Part shown: one piece after another, positions 56,301-57,650 of the stretch
How the letters are laid out: each line of letters starts with the position of its first letter
How positions within the stretch are numbered: the first letter of the stretch is position 1
Source of the DNA: Candidatus Micrarchaeota archaeon
GTDB taxonomy: Archaea > Micrarchaeota > Micrarchaeia > Micrarchaeales > CABMGC01
Direction of reading: 5' to 3'
Assembly: GCA_021817125.1 (NCBI GenBank)
Contig: JAKAWC010000003.1
Location: forward strand, 1 to 57,650
DNA: 57,650 nucleotides
Made by a program: the position numbers and the translations under genes
Notes under the pieces: model-generated
The model's input: only the letters and a program-made list of their open reading frames with translations
The model's database searches: none
What the model was told of the DNA's origin: nothing

Positions 56301-57385
56301 CACCGGAAACGAGCTTCTTGTACCAACAGACAACAATACTTAATAGCACTTCGACTTCGGCATACCTGAACCTGTCGTCTTCAATAGCAGGCAGTGATAT
56401 ACTGGGGGGCATGTTCTGGGACGGGCAGATATCCCCTCGCTCGCGTCCTCTGCTGTATTGCAATAACTGCGCGGTTTATCCATATGTCTCGAATACAGTT
56501 GAGAGGATAACCGGTCCAGGCTTCGCAGGCAGTCCGACCGGAATGTCGTACGTTTCGCAAGTTCCAACATCAGTAGATTTTGTAGGTATAAATGGCAACG
56601 CCATGATAGTGGAACCTACGACTACAAGCTACACTCTTGGCAGCGTCCAGAGCTTCTTCACCTCCCACAGTTCTGAGACATACAACGCAATCACGGGGAA
56701 CTACACCATAGCGCTGCGTCTGGCGATCGAGGGGTCCCCCGTCTTGAACGGCCTGACTACCGGCGAAGCCCCGCAGATAAGCCAGGTCTATGCAGAGTTC
56801 GATGACTGTGCCTCGGTCTTCACTTACTGCAATGACTTTGCCGGCTCATCGCTGAGCGGCTGGACTTCGTATTCGCAGGACTCGCTTCCGACAGTCACTG
56901 TCGACAACAGGCTCACGATAGATCCGACTGGGAACGGCTGGGCTGGCATATACAGCGACTCCGTCGACCTTCCTTCCAGCTATGCCATAGATTTCCTTGC
57001 CCGCTCGAATGGGCCGCAGCACGTCCTCGGAGGACAGTACAATGGTTATGGATTCGATTACGTGACAGACCACAATAACTACACCATATGCAGGATGGTC
57101 CTCGGGATCTGCAATAATGGCCTGATGAACGGCGGAACCAGCCCTCCCGCTGACGTATGGCAGGTGATAACAGGTTATACCAGGACAGGAGGCGCAGAGT
57201 TGCTGGCAAACGGTACTCTGGTCACTTCCACGGCATCTGGCACGGGAACCACCAGCTCGCTGATACTCGCGGCAGCGGGCAATGACGCCCATCCTGCAGT
57301 GTTCCAGTGGGTGCGGACAAGGCAACCTGTATCGTCCTCGGACGTCGAGAACCTGCCAAACGCCACTACCTTCAACATCGCGTGA
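53393..57385 (+). CDS. Large secreted protein: G1 glutamic peptidase domain + Ig-like repeats + DUF2341-like C-terminal region
   Basis: Signal peptide; QWAGY, GSWVV, SAQWIGVGG, LIQVGT, SAEFIEEDP; TYTWY/WQWY/YAWY repeats; YLYYGN, VF.YCNDF, FQWVRTR. Confidence 0.8.
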   Translation: MPFRIISLCTLLFLISTTCVASVYKTSAPSQQPVQSVNDSIYFPENIASATNITLWKVNGFTVYNLTEMVNSPNNKTHSVQTNFNFKKHIFLENNSANLLGVAAQWAGYLVTTVNASGPSYMPNSVTMVRGSWVVQPVPQLTFPPTYSAQWIGVGGAKDSDLIQVGTESTSISGVVHGSYYAVFELVSGINGNQTLLTTNNSLGSNGIFALPIRGGDIINSEISLMSQNATNQNWFILISDQNQRWVADGTLTLNSFSMENSAEFIEEDPCENSGCGELQPFADFGSSSYGYDFTHNFLSNQVTLSNKTVFIGSLPEIPIYMQHNGQFSAKPDPITPDGTSFGVTYGNLSINVTKSLLGKGNSGIETLNLSAIPSGYSSLGNLTYTWYNSTDSFPGLQIGNGKKDYIHINNISANAIYTVFVTDKGLSPHPQAYNYIELRPLATSLESPVITPSPIMLDSGQSINLTAWDNFTPVAGTLVWQWYKQAANGSFVAIPNANHSVLQISNVTADANYEVSVYLSTKNKNTALFSLPTQITVYPSLGIPTVAPSSITIRKGQSVNLTVLETGGTGDYIYAWYTVAANSLLTPVGEVSSKVFTVSPNATTTYEVAALDLGVTPNATPPAREFSAPVSVIVAPPVTYVVVNTTFTTKVLNNTPIQIHVNESKYGLPYADSGCIAAGVTSCQEWQLPNGTVVNSFLEGIMNNVIDSNASALSNSVVTYWLNYNWGTAASWPYNETERIYVSNIVWGPVGNFISYANGTASLIIYNTAPRLLLLNLTHSPAMGVGCHDVYMQGWNGLSQTSLGSLNFSVINCTGAVASFVVSAYSRANQTFNALYLYYGNNAVSGLADAALGAEYYGPQSVTDAEGHIGRYLVMNSIENVSLLVMPGNGEDIINLAHPLPNGAQILLNSFTGGVGNGSCGGYGPGYPSLYGSSASVCLQGGPGNNLSAYSFGGNTRFDVLHSLEIYDSPETSFLYQQTTILNSTSTSAYLNLSSSIAGSDILGGMFWDGQISPRSRPLLYCNNCAVYPYVSNTVERITGPGFAGSPTGMSYVSQVPTSVDFVGINGNAMIVEPTTTSYTLGSVQSFFTSHSSETYNAITGNYTIALRLAIEGSPVLNGLTTGEAPQISQVYAEFDDCASVFTYCNDFAGSSLSGWTSYSQDSLPTVTVDNRLTIDPTGNGWAGIYSDSVDLPSSYAIDFLARSNGPQHVLGGQYNGYGFDYVTDHNNYTICRMVLGICNNGLMNGGTSPPADVWQVITGYTRTGGAELLANGTLVTSTASGTGTTSSLILAAAGNDAHPAVFQWVRTRQPVSSSDVENLPNATTFNIA

Positions 57386-57533
57386 CCGCAGGTGCTATCT
57401 ACACGCGAAAGCCACGAAACATGCACGACTTCATCTAAAACTTCGCTTGGAACTTCGGTTGATCAATGTGGAGTCATGCCGTCGGAGGTATACAAACATG
57501 TATGAATATTAGCGGCGGAGAGTCGAACTCGGT

Positions 57534-57650
57534 CATGCGTAAAATGAAAATGGGGGATGCGTGATTTGAACACACGTCGCCGCGACCCGAACGCGGTAGC
57601 CTACCAAACTAGCAGAATCCCCCATTAAAGCACAAGCGCACCGTCCTTGG
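57534..57650 (+). repeat. Direct repeat copy 2 (runs off window end)
   Basis: Identical to 52211-52327. Confidence 0.95.
57551..57623 (-). tRNA. tRNA-Pro(CGG), copy 2
   Basis: Identical to 52228-52300. Confidence 0.92.

Noticed and set aside
393-57512. Numerous long antisense or alternate-frame ORFs (e.g. 1043-1885, 37314-38312, 46368-47525)
   Set aside because: They are shadows of well-supported genes in GC3-biased DNA and show no recognisable motifs.
57510-57533. tRNA T-arm-like fragment (GAGTTCGACTCTCCGCCGCTA on minus strand)
   Set aside because: Too short and imperfect to call an att remnant without a matching tRNA.
1-57650. CRISPR array, rRNA or transposase
   Set aside because: No regularly spaced repeats, rRNA-like segments or DDE/HUH/tyrosine recombinase motifs were seen.

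Overview
Archaeal chromosomal window. It carries Topo VI-B, Rpo4, Rpo7, Spt4, a TBP-like protein, pelota, L21e, archaeal-type ProRS and GluRS, and an intron-containing tRNA-Trp. Gene content and compact packing suggest a DPANN archaeon, probably Micrarchaeota-like (inference). The main accessory feature is a ~20 kb minus-strand cluster (2397-22611) between top6B and rpo4. It encodes a MoxR AAA+ ATPase, two paralogous VirB2/CedA1-like pilins, a GT-C glycosyltransferase, six tandem paralogous VirB6/CedA-like membrane proteins (one with Ig-like adhesin repeats), two paralogous VirB3/VirB4-N-like membrane proteins, a VirB4/CedB-like ATPase and several unknown partners. No relaxase, coupling protein or integrase is visible, so it looks like a domesticated, expanded Ced/T4SS-like contact apparatus. 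Other notable items are a stand-alone single-repeat ('half') TBP, a GluRS with degenerate HIGH/KMSKS motifs, two candidate structured RNAs, and a 5.3 kb unit bounded by a direct repeat of a whole tRNA-Pro plus the 3' end of an M24 peptidase. That unit carries a 1330-aa G1 glutamic peptidase/adhesin. All calls come from motif recognition by eye; no searches were run.
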